This document shows, piece after piece, positions 1 to 59,269 of a DNA stretch of 64,000 nt; position 1 is the first letter of the stretch, and each line of letters starts with the position of its first letter. A model generated the notes under the pieces. It made no database searches. It worked only from the letters and a program-made list of their open reading frames with translations, and had not been told where the DNA came from. The position numbers and the translations under genes were made by a program. The DNA is from Hemiscyllium ocellatum (taxonomy: Eukaryota), in the NCBI RefSeq assembly GCF_020745735.1, contig NC_083406.1, positions 62,163,164 to 62,227,163 of the forward strand. Reading direction: 5' to 3'.

Positions 1-1100
1 AAGAGTTTATAAATCTCCTCCCAAAAAAATGAAATGACACCATCTCTTGTGTCTTCCAAGGTACAGAGTTTCAAAGTCACACAACACTCACAGAAACAAA
101 AATTCTCTTCTGTCCTAAAAGGACGACTCTTAATTTTTGAATGGTGTCCCCTCATTCTGCACGCACCCAGGAGACGAAACATCCTTTCCAGCTGGTCAAT
201 GCATTCAGGATCTTATACACTTCAATCAAGTCACTATCACTCTTCTAAACTCCAATGCAAACAAGCTCAGCATCTCCAACTTACCATCATGTAACAACTT
301 GCTGATTCCAGGTATCAATCCAGTAAACTTCCTCTGAACCACCTCTAATATTGTCACACCATTAAATAGGGAGATGAAAACTGCAGCTAAAAGATATAGT
401 CTCAATAATTCCCTGTATTACTGAAGCATAACATCCTTACATTTATGTTCAAATCCTCTTGTAACAAAGGCTAGAATTTCATTGCCCTTCTCAAGTATAT
501 GCTGCATAGAACATAGGACACAGAGCAGTGAAGTTAGCACAGGTGCTGTGCCAAACATGACGCCAAACTAAAATAATCCCTTTCACTTGACCTTGGTCCA
601 TATCCCTCCTTTCCTTGCATATTCATGCGTTTATCTAAAAGCTCCTTAAACACCCCTATTGTAATTGCCTCCACCACCACACTTGGCAGTGCCTTCTAGA
701 CTCCTACCACTCTGTGTAAAAAACATAACATGTTTGGAACTCTTGCAGCGGAATACATCAAATACTCTGCTTTTTTATTGTTCCTATGAATGTGCATAAC
801 TTCACATTTCCACACATTATACTCCACCTGCCAGATGTTTGCCCACTCACTCAACCTATCGGTCTAAATTTTCCTTATTCCATTGACACCCTCAACTGAG
901 TTGATGATATGAACAGTAAAAGGTCAGAACTTCAGTACAATCTTCTGAAGGACTTCACTTGTCACATTCTGCTAATCAAAAAACATTCAGTTTTCTGCCA
1001 AACAGCCAATCTCTTACCCATGCAAACATTTTACCACTTACACTATGAATTGCTACTTTGCACATTCACTTTTTGTATGGATGTTCTTTTAAACAACCTG
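1..1100 (-). mobile_element. Old CR1 remnants, including a younger CR1 3' tail (~505-720)
   Basis: catagaacatagg tail; cacatttccacacattatactccacctgcc...cccactcactcaacctatc motif typical of antisense CR1 RT. Confidence 0.6.
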
Positions 1101-1464
1101 TTCAGAAATGTTATCACGCATCCTTGAAGCAGATAGGTCTTCAAACCAGGTTGCCCAGCTCAGAGATAAGGATACTAACAGCATGCAAATGTTACTCCTT
1201 CATATTTTCTAATCAACCTGTTCAGAGATGTCATTGCACATTGAACCCAGGTCTGTTGACTCAGAGGTCAGGACACTACCAATGCATGAATGTTCTCCTT
1301 GAAGACTGACAATAAATTGGTTGAACATGATTTCACTTTCCCAACTAGCTGCTCTCTGTTCAGACAATTTTGAGGTTGCACAATTCCAGGTCCAGTATAA
1401 CTTGCTTCCTGGTTTCTTCCAGAATGTGCTGCTCCAAAAAAATGCCTCAACAGTATTCAAATAA

Positions 1465-1670
1465 AAGCAAAATATTGCAAAAGCTGGCAAACTGAAATTA
1501 AAAACAAAGTGCTAGAGAAACTCAGCAGGTCTAGCAGGATCTGTGTAGGGAGAAAGCGTTCAATGTTTCTAGTCAATTTTAAAAAGAGCCACATCGAATT
1601 TGAAACTTTAACTGTTTCTCTCTCCATGGATGATGCCAGACTTCCTGAGTTTCTTCAGTACTTTTTCTTT
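1465..1670. mobile_element. Old decayed PLE-terminus fold-back
   Basis: gagaaactcagcaggtctagcaggatctgtg ... catggatgatgccagacttcctgagtttcttc inverted similarity; related remnants at ~3370-3450, 9775-9920 and 16490-16570. Confidence 0.55.
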
Positions 1671-1698
1671 CCTCAAAAACACCTATCTTGCATATAGC

Positions 1699-1925
1699 TC
1701 TGGATTAGAGTGGTGCTAGAAAAGCACGGCAGTTCAGGCAGCATCTGATGAGCAGGAAAATCGACATCTCGGGCAAAAGCCCTTCATCAGGAATATCTGA
1801 TGAAGGGCTTTTGCCCGGAACGTCGATTTTCCTGGTCCTCGGATGCTGCCTGAACTGCTGTGCTTTTCCAGCACCACTCAAATCCAAAATTTGGTTTCCA
1901 GCATCTGCAGTCCTTGTTTTTACCT
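1699..1925. mobile_element. Short PLE fold-back with two opposed, mutated hammerhead motifs
   Basis: ~90-bp inverted arms centred near 1794; imperfect TSD atcttgca(t/c)atagc at 1685-1698 and 1926-1939. Confidence 0.85.
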
Positions 1926-1962
1926 ATCTTGCACATAGCATCTAACTATTGAAACTGAACAA

Positions 1963-2133
1963 TTTATTTTATGCATTTTACAGCCTAACAACAACAAAAT
2001 TACAGGAGTAACTGGATAATTATTTTTGGCTTCTCACACAGGACAGGGGATTCCTCACGATGAATGACTCTGGAGGTGCCATAAATCACGAATACTTGCA
2101 CAACAAAATGCAGAAATATTTAAACTGTTTATT
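1963..2133 (-). terminator. Candidate polyadenylation signals of ANKRD42
   Basis: AATAAA on the minus strand at 2128-2133 and 1963-1968, about 370-540 nt after the stop; which one is used is unknown. Confidence 0.4.
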
Positions 2134-2504
2134 CCCCAAAGGAACCTGCAAGGGTGGAAGAGCTACCTATACTTTAACCTGCAGCAACTAATATTTCAGG
2201 AAAAGTGGATGGAAATCCCAGAATCAAGCCCCAAACCCCATTTTTATAAGGAGCTCTCAAGGGAGTCTGACTGAACAAAACATTTGAGTCAAATTGTCTA
2301 ATCAATCAGTGTAAAATTGTTGATTTAAAAATGGAACAAATACCAAAGATATACATATAAGAAAAAAAATCAGGAAAGGAATATTTTCAACCAGCAATAG
2401 AATTACTTCCAAAATTTGCACCCATATTATGAAATAGTACAATGACAGCAGTCAGTTTTTCTATAATTAGAGACAATATGAGAGCAATATATGTGCAGGT
2501 AAGG

Positions 2505-48974
<46,470 letters not shown>

Positions 48975-49140
48975 AGTTGCAGCTTGCTCCGAGTTAATGA
49001 AACCTGATTAAATGTTCACTAACAGCCTCCTAACGCGGAGTAAGGTGACGACTTCATTAGCAACAGGAATAAACTTCCGGTGTCACTTGAATTGAAGATA
49101 AGAAGTTGTTTTCATTTCCGGAATGCCGAGGAATAAAACA
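48975..49140 (-). promoter_or_regulatory. Probable ANKRD42 5'UTR/core promoter
   Basis: Directly upstream of the ATG and repeat-free; ETS-type ACTTCCGG (49073-49080), TTCCGGAA (49116-49123) and an RFX half-site TAGCAAC (49058-49064). Confidence 0.5.
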
Positions 49141-49927
49141 CTAGAAGATACATTGATGGGAAATGTAACTAAGGGAGAAGGTGGTTTAGGATAAAGCAGA
49201 GAATGGAACACAGGCAGACAATGTGAATGAAAGCAAATATCTGTGAGGTTGTAGAGCTAATAAATAGAGAGGAACACTCGGAATCATGTAGGAAAAGGAG
49301 TTACATTATTTTAAATTGGCATTGTAGGTCTGCAAGAATATAAGGAATGAATTGACAGGGTTTTTTTGCGCTGTAGAATGTGGACTGCAGAATGTTGGAT
49401 GAAGTGAAGCTTTAGGATCTGTTCGCATTTCTTCGGATGACACAGTGGAAGTTCAGCATGTAGTGAAGGGTGGTCAGGTTACAAATCGTGGCTGGCGGTG
49501 GGGTAGAGAGGTGTATTTCCCCGAACTGACCTAGCTATGATTTAATAAAAATCAAGCGTTGGCAGTCGACTGAACTGGAAAAAATGTTGGTAAAGAATGC
49601 TGTGGGAGGTTAAAGATTGTAAGAAGAGCTGAGGGGTGAAGTGCACACTATCTTCCATGGAAGATTAGAATTATATTTTATTGTCACATGTACTAAAGTA
49701 CAAGGATACAAGAGTACAGTGAAAGTTTACAAAGTCACCATTCTCTGCGCCATCATGGGTGTAAAGGTATCCCCTTTGCAAAATCTTAGGTACAGAGTAG
49801 AAAAGAAAGAAATAAAGTTACAAGTTCAACATTAAAGCCCTTCTTAGGCGCTTAGCCAGGCTGGCCTCGCAATCCCCACAATGGCTGAATCACTCCCGCG
49901 CAGATGCTGCAAGACCTCCAGCTGCCT

Positions 49928-50035
49928 ATGCACACCATCCCTTCAGACTACCTGCACTTACCACTGCCTCAGGCTGCTTGCTCACACCATCCCTTCAGGC
50001 TGCCTGCACTCACCACTGCCTCGGGCTGTCTGCTT
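49928..50035. repeat. ~52-bp tandem duplication
   Basis: cacaccatcccttcag.ct.cctgcact.accactgcctc.ggctg occurs twice. Confidence 0.75.
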
Positions 50036-50121
50036 TTGCCACCACATCCAGCTGTCGGTTCTCACCGCTGCTGGGTGACCTCTCTCTCTGAGATACTATT
50101 TGTGAGTTGGAGGGTCAGTTT

Positions 50122-50703
50122 CATAGAACATAGAACAATACAGCACAGAATAGGCCCTTCGGCCCATGATGGTGTGCCGAACATTTGTCCTAGCTTAAGC
50201 ACCTATCCATGTATCTATCCAATTGCTGCTTAAAGGTCACCAATGATTCTGACTCTGCCACTCCCACAGGCATTGTATTCCATGCCTCCACCACTCTCTG
50301 GGTAAAGAACCTACTCCTGACATCCCCCCTATACCTTCCACCCTTCATCTTAAATTTATGTACCCTTGTAACCCTCTGTTGTACCCGGGGATAAAGTCTC
50401 TGACTGTCTACTCTATCTATTCCCCGATCATCTTATAAACCTCTATCAAGTCACCCCTCATCCTTCGCCGTTCCAATGAGAAAAGGCGTAGCACTCTCAA
50501 CCTATCCTCGTACGACCTATTCTCCATTCCAGGCAGCATCCTGGTAAATCTCCTCTGCACCCTCTCCAAAGCTTCCACATCTTTCCTGAAGTGAGGCGAC
50601 CAGAACTGCACACAGTACTCCAAATGTGGCCTTACCAAAGTCCTGTACAGCTGCAACATCACCTCACGATTCTTGAATTCAATCCCTCTGCTAATGAACG
50701 CTA
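50122..50703 (-). mobile_element. CR1/HER1 3' fragment
   Basis: LAFISRGIEFKNREVMLQLYRTLVRPHLEYCVQFWSPHF...; repeated catagaa tail. Confidence 0.9.
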
Positions 50704-51254
50704 AGTTCAGTAATATGTCTTTTATCACATGGTTTGATGCTAAACTATGAATTTGCACTTAGGAACAGGCTGATGAAGAAGAAGACAAAGTCTTAAACTG
50801 TCTTCAGGCTGAGCCTTCAAAGTAAAACTGTTTATTATAGATTATACTTAATACATGATGATAGTCACAACCCATGTGTGAAAGTGTACTGACGCCCAAA
50901 CCCAATTACTCAAAGTTTCCCAGTTTAGCTGAATGATCGACCAAGATAAACAGAAAACACTGAATAGGTTACTCCACTTACCAAAACAACTATTTATTAC
51001 AAAGAAATCAGTTCCAACCGAGGAAAATAAAACTAATTATCAACTAATTATCTGCTAACCTAAGCTCTGTCCCTTTCCTAAACTCCTAGACACTTGCAGA
51101 CAGACAAAAGAAGAAAGAAAGAAACAAACATAGATTTCATGATTGGAGGTACAAATACTGGGCAAACATTCTAAATTGTATCTGTCTGCAGAATATGGTT
51201 AGGAGTCCATTTTGCTTCTTGCAAGTTGTTATTTTCAGAAACTTTCAATTTGAT

Positions 51255-51710
51255 TTTGATTTATTTATTATTGTCACATGTACCTGGGAAAAGTGAAAAA
51301 TTTTGTTTTGCATGCAGAACAGGTAGATTATACTATACAAGGTGATCTAAAGTAATAGAACAGACCAAAGAATACAACGTTATATCTGCGAAGGAGCAAG
51401 ATCAACAGTAAATTTAAATTTGGGAGTCCATTCAGAACTCTAATAACATCAGGAAAGATGCTGATCTTGAATCTGTTGATATGTGTGTCTAACTTTTTGT
51501 ATCTTCTGCCTGACAGAGGAGTTTGGAAGAGGTTGTAACTGGGGTGGAGGTGTCTTTGATTATGTTGGCTGCCTTCCTAAGACAGCAAGAAGCACAGATG
51601 GAATGACGGGATAGAAGGTTGGCTTGTGTGATGGTCTGGGCTGTATTCGCAACTCTTCTTAGTTTCTTACAGTCCTGGGCAGAACGGTTGCCGTACCAAG
51701 CCATGATTTA
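51255..51710 (-). mobile_element. Rex1/Babar-like LINE 3' fragment
   Basis: AWYGNRSAQDCKKLRRVANTAQTITQ (C-terminal Rex/Babar-type motif); tail tttattattgtcacatgtac, also at ~49670. Confidence 0.7.
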
Positions 51711-51745
51711 TTTGAATAAAATAAAATAGAATTTTACAGATTTCT

Positions 51746-52055
51746 ATAAGATCATAGAATCCCTACAATATGGAAGCAGGCCAATCTGTCCTTTGAGTCC
51801 ACACCAACCCTCCGTACAGCATCCTACCCAGACCTGTCCCCCAGCCCTATCCCTGTAACCCTGTATTTCCCATGGTCAATCCGCCTAACCTGCACATCTT
51901 TCGGCTGTGGAAGAAAACTGGAGTACCCAGAGGAAACTCACTCAGACTCTGGGAGAATGTGCAAGCTCCACACAGACAGTCCCCAAGGCTGGAATCAAAC
52001 CTGGATGCCTGATGCTGTGAGGCAGTAGTGCTAATCACTGAGCCCATGCTACCCC
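51746..52055 (-). mobile_element. HE1/V-SINE-type SINE with CR1-like tail
   Basis: Reverse complement of the same tRNA head and core; catagaatccctaca tail. Confidence 0.8.
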
Positions 52056-54709
52056 TCATTCTTTGCCCTTTATTTGCCCTTCATTCTTCTAAACATATTG
52101 AATATTGTCCTGACTGATTCAGTGTCTCTTCAAACATTAGTTCTGCCATCCCAGGAATAAATCAGGTAAACCTTTGTGGAATCCCCCTATAACCAGAACA
52201 AGCTTGCTCAGAGAAGGAGACCTAAAGGACATCCTTTTACATAATACCTTTATACATAATACAAAATACTTGATCTGAGCAAGGTTCTGTACAATTGCAG
52301 CAAGACATCCTTGCTCCTGTGATGAAATCCTTTCAACAGTCCGATGCTTGCTTCTTTCCTGCTTGTTGCACCTGTGTGCTTACTTTCAGCAACTGGGGTA
52401 TAAGGATGCTTAGGTCTCATTATAGCTCCCCTTCCCGACCCTATTGTCATTCAAATAATAATCTGCCTTCCTGTTTTTGCTACCAAAGTGCATAATCTCA
52501 CATTTACTCACATTATACTTCACTTGCCATGCATTCGCCCACTCACTCAGCTTGTTTAATTTGCTTCTCTTCTATGAGTCTGTTTTATTATTCTCGCTCT
52601 CACAGTATTTATCAATTGCCTTTTCAAAAAGAAATGCTCCAGTCTACTTTTAATACTTGTCCTTAATGCATTTAAGTTTCAACTTGTAATATACTGAACT
52701 TGTACTACTTGACCTAGCTACCTGATTTTGAAATATTTCCCATCCCTCGTACCTGTGACTCTTTTTTTTCCCTGAACACAATCTGGGCTTCACCCTCGTT
52801 CATTCTAGTCTCCAACTCAACAGCATCATATTTGAGTTTTTATATTCAACAAGGTTAATCTTTATGAAATGTTTTCATTCCTTCTAATCACTTTCATTTG
52901 GTCTGTTTGATTATCCAGACAATGATCTAATATCCTGTCCTTCGTTATGTATGCAACATGCTCGTGGGAATACAAAAAGAAATTTGTCGGGAATATTAAA
53001 ATTAACAAAGTTTTTTATAATTAGTTTGGGAAAGGATAGTCAAGGATAGTGTAAGCATTTTTTAAAAATTCTGCCCAGTCTTTAAAAAATAGTTGCTACA
53101 AGACCAAGTCAAAGGCTCCAGATTCTGCAAATAAATTACTTCCTGACTTTTGAAGGCATATCCATCTGTAAGTTATTATTCAGTGGTGTGATGCAAAAGT
53201 TTCTACCTGACTGTTAAGTGCATCTCCAATAAAAGTTAAGAAGGACAAAGAAGTCTGCTTGAATTTCAACTCATCAACCTCCTTCAACATTCACTCATCT
53301 AACCTGTAGTATGTAACATCTACAAAATGCACTAATTCACCATGCCTCATTCAACAACACTTTCCAACCCTGTGACTTCTAGAAGGACAAGAGCAACATA
53401 TGCAAGAGCGCTACAACCTGAAGCTTCTTTTCTAAGCCATGTTCCAACCTGATTTGGAAAACTATTGTTATTCCTTCACCATCACCATCCTGGAACTGCC
53501 TTCTTATCAATTATGCATGTGCACATACATCACCTTGGCTTTAGTAGTTGGAGAACATGGCTCAAATTGGGATTTTCTCAAGGACAATAATGGACACATA
53601 AGTGACACTCCTTCCATAGCTAGAGCTTTAAACTGAATAGTGGGTGGATGGGTTCAGTTTTGTGGGAAATTACAGAAAAAGTGGAGATCAGTAGAGATTA
53701 TTAAAGTTTCCAGAACAAGTAATAAGTCACACAGTATGTAAAAGGTCAGGTATCTAACTTCAGGTACAGCAGATAAGGAGACAACTATGAGAAGAGAAGG
53801 GCAGCTAACATAGGACTGAGAGTGTTTTAACTAAAGACATGTAGTATACAAAACAAGGTAAGCCATTTTAGTAGCTTGTTTAGATAGTGCAGATTGAAAT
53901 TTGAAGGTAAAATATTGTCGATATCACAGAGGCATGGCTACAAGGGGATCAGAGCTGGGAACTAAATAAACAAGGATACACTCCTACCAAAAGGACAGGC
54001 AGATGGGCAGAGTGGAAGGGATTGCCTTGTTGTTAAGAAATTACGGTCCCAACGGAATTGTATTCAGGCTTTCCAACAGTTCTCAGGATGTGGAGAAGAA
54101 AATAAATAGAAAATAGTGAAAGAAAAGGCATGTAAGAAAGGCACTAATATAATAATCATGGGGGACTTCAATATGCAGGTGCCTGGGAAAATCATATTGG
54201 TAGCAAATCTAAGAAAAGGAATTTTTGGAATGCCTTTGAGATGGTTTTTGGAGCAGCTTGTGTTACAGCCCAATAGGGAACAATTTTGGATTTAGTGATG
54301 TGTAATGAGGCAAACTTGTTTAGGGAGCTGAAAGTGAAGGGACCCCTAGGGACCAGTGACTATAATACAATAGAATTCACCCTGCAGCTGAGAGGGAGAA
54401 GAATGAATCAGATGTAATGATATTACAGTTGAGTAAAGGTAACTATACAGGCATGAGGGAGGAGCTGGCTCAAATTGATTGGAAAGGGAGCCTAGCAGTG
54501 AAGACAATGGAGCAGCAACGGAGGGCCGGGTTTCTGGGGTAATTTGTGAGGCAAATAGAATAAAAATGATAAGGGTAGGTTTAGGCAACCATGGCTGATG
54601 AGAAAAGTAGATAGCATAACAGCAAAAGAAAATGCATGCAGTGTGGTGGAGATTAGTGGTAAGCCAGAGAATTGTAAAGCCTTTAAAAACAGCAGAGGAT
54701 AACTACAGC

Positions 54710-57290
54710 CACAGAGTCATACAGCACAGAAACAGACCCATCGGTCCAACTCATCCATACCGACCAAATTTCCCAACTAAACTATTTCTACTGGCCTGTG
54801 TTTGGCACATATCCCTTGAAACCTTTCCTATTCAAGTACTTGCTGAAATGTCTTTTAAATGTTGCAGCTGTATCTGCATCTAATACTTCCTCTAGCAATT
54901 AATTCCACATGTGAAAAAGTTGTCCGTCAGGTCCCTTTTAAATCTTTCTCCTCTCATCTTAAAAAATACCCCCTAGTTTTGAAATCATCTGCCCTAAGGA
55001 AAAGACCTTTGCTATTCACCTTATCTATGTCCCCCATGATTTTATAAAACTCTATAAGGTCGCCCCTTAACTCCTACGCTCCTGTGATAAAGGTCCTAGT
55101 CTATCCAGCTTCCTCTCATGTCTCAAACCTTCCAGTCCCAGTGACGACCTGGTAAATCTTTTCTAAACCGTCTCTAATTTAATAATATCCTTCCTATTAC
55201 AGGGTGACCGACCTGTACACAATACTCCAAAAATGGCCTCCCTGACATTGTGTACCACTTGAACATGATGTCCCAACTCATGTACTCAATAGTCTGGGCA
55301 ATGAAGACAAGTGTGCTAAATGCCTGTTTAAATATTCTGTATGGAGAAAGTGAGGACTGCAGATGCTGGAGATCAGAGCTGAAAATGTGTTGCTGGAAAA
55401 GCACAACAGGTCAGGCAGCATCCAAGGAGCAGGAGAATCGATGTTTCGGGCATGAGCCTTCTTCAGGAATGAGGAAAGTGTGCCAAGCAGGCTAAGAGGG
55501 ACTTGGGGGAGGGGCGTTGGAAATGTGATAGGTGGAAGGAGGTTAAGATGAGGGTGATAAGCTGGAGTGGGGGTGGGGGTGGAGAGGTCAGGAAGAAGAT
55601 TGCAGGTTAGGAAGGTGGTGCTGAGTTCAAGGGTTGGGACTGAGACAAGGTTGGGGAAGGGGAAATGAGGAAACTGGAGAAATCTGAGTTCATTCCTAGG
55701 CGGAAGATGAGGCGCTCTTCCTCCAGCCATCGTGTTGCTATGGTCTGGCAATGGAGGAGTCCAAGGACCTGCATGTCCTCGTGCTCCCACGAGGAGGTTG
55801 AACAGTTCATCCACTTTACCAACATCTTCCACCCCGACCTCAAATTTATCTGGACCGTCTCAGACTTCCCTCCTCTTCCTAGACTTTTCCATTTCTATCT
55901 CAGGCGACCGAATCAACGCGGACATTTACTATAAACCGACCGACTCACACAGCTACCTAGACTACACCTCCTCCCACCCTACCCCCTGTAAAAACTCCAT
56001 CCCAATTTCTTCTCCTCTGCCGCATCTGCTTCCAGGAGGACCAGTTCCAATACCGAACAATCCAGATGACCTCCTTCTTCAAAGACCCCAATTTCCCCCC
56101 AGACGTGATTGACGATGCTCTCCACCGCATCTCCTCCACTTCCTGCTTCTCTGCCCTTGAGCCACACCCCTCCAATCGCCACCAGGACAGAACCCCACTG
56201 GACCTCACCTACCACCCCACCAACCTCCATATACATCGTATCATCCGTCGTCATTTCCGCCACCTCCAAACGGACCCCACCACCAGGGATATATTTCCCT
56301 TCCCTCCCCTATCAGCATTTCGAAAAGACCGCTCCCTCAGTGATTCCCTCGTCAGGCCCACACCCCCCACCAACCCAACCTCCACTCCCGGCACCTTCCC
56401 CTGCAACTGCAAGAAATGCAAAACTTGCGTCCACACCTCCTCCCTTACTTCCCTCCAAGGCCCCAAGGAATCCTTCCATATCCACCACAAATTCACCTGC
56501 ACCTCCACACACATCATTTACTGCATCCGCTGCACCCGATGTGGCCTCCTCTATATTGGGGAGACAGGCCGCCTACTTGCAGAACATTTCAGAGAACACC
56601 TCTGGGACACCCGGACCAATCAACCCAACCATCCCGTGGCTCAACACTTCAACTCTCCCTTCCACTCCACCAAGGACATGCAGGTCCTTGGACTTCTCCA
56701 TCGCCAGACCATAGCAACACGATGGCTGGAGGAAGAGCACCTCATCTTCCGCCTGGGAACCCTCCAACCACAAGGGATGAACTCAGATTTCTCCAGTTTC
56801 CTCATTTCCAACAGCCGTCCCCCAAGTCCCTCCTCCCTACCTTTTACCTTAGCCTGCTTGGCACACTTTCCTCATTCCTGAAGAAGGGCCCATGCCCGAA
56901 ACATCGATTCTCCTGCTCCTTGGATGCTGCCTGACCTGTTGTGCTTTTCCAGCAACACATTTTCAGCTCTAACCATTCTGTATACCAGTGACAGAACATT
57001 CAAAGAACTGTATACCTGCACCCTTAGGTCTCTGTTCAATAACACTTCCCAGGGTTCTAACATTAACTGTACAAGTCGTGCCCTTGTTTGTTTTACCAAA
57101 ATGTAATACCTTGCATCTATCCAAATTAAACTCCATTTGCCACTCTTCAGTCCATTGGCCCAATTGATCAAGATTCTTTTGCAATTTTAAATAACCCTCT
57201 TCATTGTTGACTGTAGCACTAATTTTGGTATTATCTAAAAACTTAGTAACCATGCCTCCTAAATTTTCATCCAATGGTTTGTATAAATTA
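54710..57290 (-). mobile_element. CR1 3' fragment nested in CR1 and itself interrupted by PLE 55343-56970
   Basis: KFLDNTKI...WQMEFNLDRCKVLHFG (56969-57274); PFLEYCVQ; tail acagagtcatacagcacag. Confidence 0.85.
55343..56970. mobile_element. PLE (same family as 4684-9699), head-to-head inverted insertion
   Basis: Minus arm 55343 to ~55778, plus arm ~55776-56970 with GIY-YIG ORF 56066-56881; hammerhead motifs in both arms; TSD core attctgtat at 55334-55342 and 56975-56983. Confidence 0.9.
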
Positions 57291-59269
57291 CAAACAAAAC
57301 TAAAAAATCAATAAGGAGGAGAAGATGAAATATGAAAGTGGTCTAATTAGTAATATAAAAAATTGCAAGTTTTTTTTAGATATCTAAGAGGTAAGACAGA
57401 GTGGACATTGGTTGCCGAAAAATTAGGCTGTAGAAGTGATAACAGAAAATAAAGAAGTGATTTGGTACTTGCATCAGTTTTCACTACAGAAGATACCAGC
57501 CACATTGCAGAACTTCAGGAGAGTTGGGGGACACATGTGAGTGTAGTGGTCATCTCTAAGGAGAAGGCGCTGGGGAAGCTGAAAAGTCTAAAGGCAATAA
57601 ACCACCCAGACTGGATGGGCTACACCTCAGCATTTTGAAGAAGATAGGTGAGGAGGTGGTAAAGGCATTGGTGGTGATCTTTCAGCAATCACTGAAGTCA
57701 GGGAGGGTCCTAAAGAATGGGAAAATGGATAATGTAACAGACTTGCTCAAGAAGGGAAGGAGGCAGAAGACAAGCTATAGGCCAGTTAGCCTGAGCTCGA
57801 TCTTTGATAAGATTTTAGAGTCAATTAATAAGGATGAGATTGCACAATACTTTGAAATGTATGGCAAAATAGGGCAAGGCAGTATAACTTTGTCAAGAGG
57901 AAATCATGCTTGACAAATCTGTTAGAATTCTTTGAGAAGGTAACAAGCAAGGTTAAAAAAAGAGAGCCAGTGGACATGATTTATTTGGATTACCTGAAGG
58001 CTTTTGACAAGGTACCAGACAGGAGGCTGCTAAACAAGATACGAACCTACGGCCATTGGAGCAAGTTACTGGCATGGATACAGGATTAGCTGATTAGCAG
58101 AAAGCAGAGAATAGGGATAAAGGGGTCTTTTTCAAGATGGCAATTAGTGACTAAAGGAGTTCCGCAGGGGTAGGTTTTGGGACCATAGCTATTCACAACA
58201 TACATTGACAATCTGGAGGAAAAAACTGAGGACATTGTTGTTAAGTTTACGGGAATGCACAAAGACAGGTAGTATTGAGGAAGTGGAGAGGCTGCAGAAG
58301 GACTTGGACATGCTAGGTGAGTGGGCAAAGAGATGGTAGATGGAATATAATGTGGAAAAGTGTGAGGTTATGCACTTTGGGAGGAAGAATTAATGCATGC
58401 ACATTTTTCTAAATGGGAAAGGCTTTGGAAATCTGAAGCACAAAAGGACTTGGGAATCCTACTCCAGGATTCTTTTAGGTTTAACATGCAGGTTCAGTTA
58501 GGTAGGAAGGCAAGTGAAATGTTAGCATTCGTTTCAAGAGGGCTAGAAGACAAAAGCAGAAATGCACTTCTGAAGCAGTATAAAGCTCTAGTAAGATCAC
58601 ATTTGTAATATTGTGATCAGTTTTGGGCCCCGAATCTAAGAAAGGACATACTGGTGTTGGAGGGAATCCAGAGAAGGTTTAGAAGAATGATCCAATTGAT
58701 GATAGGCTTGTCACCTGAGGAGCAGTTAAGGACTCTAGGTCTATACTCTATGCAGTTTAAAGGGGATCTGTTTGAAGCTTACAGAATACTGAGAGATTTG
58801 GGTACAGTGAATGTGGAAAAGATATTTTCATTATTAAGAGAGTCTAGAACCCAGGGGTACAGCCCCAGAGTGAAGGTACAGATCTTTTGTACTGGGATAA
58901 AGAGGGATTTCTTCAGCCAGAGGTGGTGAATCTGTGAAACTCATTGCTGCAGAAGGCTGTGGAGTATAAGTCATTGAGTGTATTTAAAACAGAGATAGAT
59001 AGTTCTTGATTAGTAAGGAGATCATGGGTTTTGGGGAGAAGGCATGAGACTGGGGTTAAGAAACAAATCAGCCATGATTGAATGGCAGAGCAGGCTTGAT
59101 GGGCTGAATGGCCTAACTCTGCTCCTATATCTTATGGTCTTCTGGTCTTATGGCAATAAGTGGAAAAGAGGTTAATGTTGGAAATGAAAGTGAGGAAATG
59201 ACAAACTTACAAGCACATAAACATATATTGACTGCAAAAATTAAAAGGGAAAAATTAATGTAGAGGAGG

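Larger units (their letters stand above)
53625..59140 (+). mobile_element. Long decayed CR1 LINE, split by a nested minus-strand CR1 (54710-57290)
   Basis: EN remnants at ~53900-54400; RT remnants at 57635-58929 (SYRPVSL, GVPQG.VLGP, KALVRSHL); CR1 3' tail at ~59130. Confidence 0.85.

Noticed and set aside
1699-1925. Fold-backs as DNA-transposon MITEs or pre-miRNAs
   Set aside because: The arms match PLE termini of the long RT-encoding copies, are asymmetric, and have long variable TSDs, which fits retrotransposition.
50860-53100. Interrupted solo LTR (gtcacaac...gttgctaca)
   Set aside because: The termini are imperfect, and I found no TSD, primer-binding site or internal domain; it cannot be supported without a repeat library.
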